A stretch of 9,401 bases of DNA from a virus (Duplodnaviria > Heunggongvirae > Uroviricota > Caudoviricetes), in the IMG/VR virus record IMGVR_UViG_2537561618_000016, positions 1 through 9,401 of that record; one strand, 5' to 3'. This document shows positions 7,830-9,401 of this stretch, in pieces. Numbering within the stretch: the first letter of the stretch is position 1; every line of letters starts with the position of its first letter. The position numbers and the translations under genes were made by a program. The notes beneath the pieces are model-generated. The model was not told the origin of the DNA, did not search any database, and saw only the letters and a list, made by a program, of their open reading frames with translations.

Positions 7830-8926
7830 TTTTACAGCCCCGTCCGGGCTGTATGTTTTCACCAGCTTATCCAGTGATCGTTTTGAAAATGGCTGCATTG
7901 GATCACGTGGCTGCAAAAATACATAATCCCTGTTGCACTCAGGAACTGAATCACGCCAGGCTTTCTGCTCGTCGATAATCCGCCGGATCTCAGGCGTTAT
8001 CGGCAGGCGGAAAGCCTTTTGTGTTTTCATAGCCCCTCGCATGCCGATAACCCCTTCCGGATAAACAATTTCACCAGCCTCCTCGTAAACGTAGTCCCAG
8101 CGCAGGTTATGGACATTAATCGGACGAACACCAGTGATGATCATGAAGCGAACAGCATTCTTCTGGTGTACAGAGGTGCAGGCAGCAACATTGAGCCAGA
8201 GTCGGGCGATTGATTCAATATCGGTAAAAAGCCGTGTGGGGGTAGGTTTCTGTACGCGGGAGGAAACATAATCATCTGGCAGACTGGCGGCAACATTGCG
8301 GCCGTTGCAAAGAGTAGGTGCGCAGAACTTCCAGAACCGACGGAGCTCGGCAAACAACTCCAGGGCGTTATTGTTCGAGCGAGTGGCGATCCACTCGTCC
8401 AGCACTTCCACCAGCCGATTGTATGTTACGTCGCTGAACACCTCACGCTCGCCGAACGTTGCTTTAATCCGGTCGATACGCACCCCGTAGGTTGTGAAAC
8501 TGTCCGGGCTCAGCTTCTGCCGGGCTACTTTGGCTTTGGGTCATCCCGGTACATTTCCAGCGCTGCATGTACGGACTCTGCCCGCAGTCCACCGTCAGCC
8601 ATACCTAGTGCTTTTTCGCGCGCCAGCTGGATAACGAGCTCCGGCCACTCGCCGAGCTTTTTACCTTTGAGGCCCATCTTTTTTGGAAACTCGGCGTAAA
8701 ATGTAACCTTACCGGCTTTGCTGAAATCGATACGGAGATAGTTCTCTTTTTCGTATTTGGAACGGCGAGCCACGCCGGAAGCAGCGAGGATGATTTTGGC
8801 GGCAGCAACACAGATTTTCATGTGTGCGCTGGTATAGGGGGGTTTACAGGCGTCCCATTTTTCAGATGCGGCTAAAACATCGTCATTATTGGGGCTATCC
8901 GGATTATGTGTTACAGTGCGCGGCAT
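7830..8926 (-). pseudogene. Phage integrase (tyrosine recombinase, P4-type with arm-binding N-terminal domain), frameshifted near 8529-8537 and 3'-truncated by the IS600-like element
   Basis: ATG at 8926 with AAGGA Shine-Dalgarno. The N-terminal segment (...KVTFYAEFPKKMGLKGKKLGEWPELVIQLAREKA...) resembles the P4-type arm-binding domain and stops at 8525. The downstream segment continues in the -1 frame from 8540 and carries box I (ITGVRPINVHNLRWDYV) and the lysine hairpin (MKTQKAFRLPITPEI). The frame runs into the IS terminus at 7829, and the catalytic H-x-x-R and Tyr regions are absent. Confidence 0.75.
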
Positions 8927-9131
8927 TCTCAATCCTTATCTGCGTAGGCGCAGAAAACAAGCTCACACATACAAGTCTTTTCTACGGGACAAAATGCAAT
9001 GTGTTGCGGTTTTGTGTTGCTGGACTGAGTTTATCAAGGTTAAATACACTGGATCAACATACAGTAAGTTAATGACAGTAAAGCATACAAACTCGATACA
9101 ACTTACTGATTTTAAAATGATTTAACGGTAA

Positions 9132-9401
<270 letters not shown>

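Noticed and set aside
5865-8483. ORFs 7827-8483 and 5865-6551 as two halves of one gene split by a simple IS insertion (they are in frame across the element)
   Set aside because: The upstream half has tyrosine-recombinase motifs and the downstream half is a tail-module protein with no recombinase catalytic motifs; a one-in-three frame coincidence is more likely, and the flanks do not form a clean duplication.
8824-9125. Small plus-strand ORFs (8824-9072, 8889-9125) between the integrase and yfhL
   Set aside because: They overlap the integrase 5' end antisense or lie in AT-rich intergenic DNA, with no Shine-Dalgarno and no recognisable domains.

Overview
This window is a decayed, IS-riddled prophage remnant (tail-fibre end of a contractile-tail P2/Mu/e14-like phage) lying next to the chromosomal ferredoxin-like gene yfhL; I found no novel defence or other undescribed system. 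All phage genes are on the minus strand. Reading right to left: a P4-type tyrosine integrase (8926->7830) that is frameshifted and cut off at its 3' end by an IS3-family element (IS600-like, 6567-7829); a 5'-truncated baseplate J-like gene (6566->5865); a gpI/gp48-position tail gene (5863->5258); a P2 H/Mu S-like tail fibre gene (5271->2550) split by a complete IS2 (3041-4371) with a 5-bp target duplication GCGGA; a lambda-Tfa/TfaE-like chaperone gene (2547->2003); a second tail fibre with a lambda Stf-like N-terminus (1979->693); and a second, DUF4376-like chaperone gene (554->1). yfhL (9141-9401, plus strand) is intact. The content (IS2, IS600-like, yfhL) points to Escherichia/Shigella. The main caveat is that all four apparent frameshifts (both chaperone genes, the integrase, the IS600-like orfA/orfB junction) are one-base contractions in A/T homopolymers, so they may be sequencing artefacts rather than real pseudogenisation. 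All protein identifications are from reading the translations against remembered family sequences; no database search was run.
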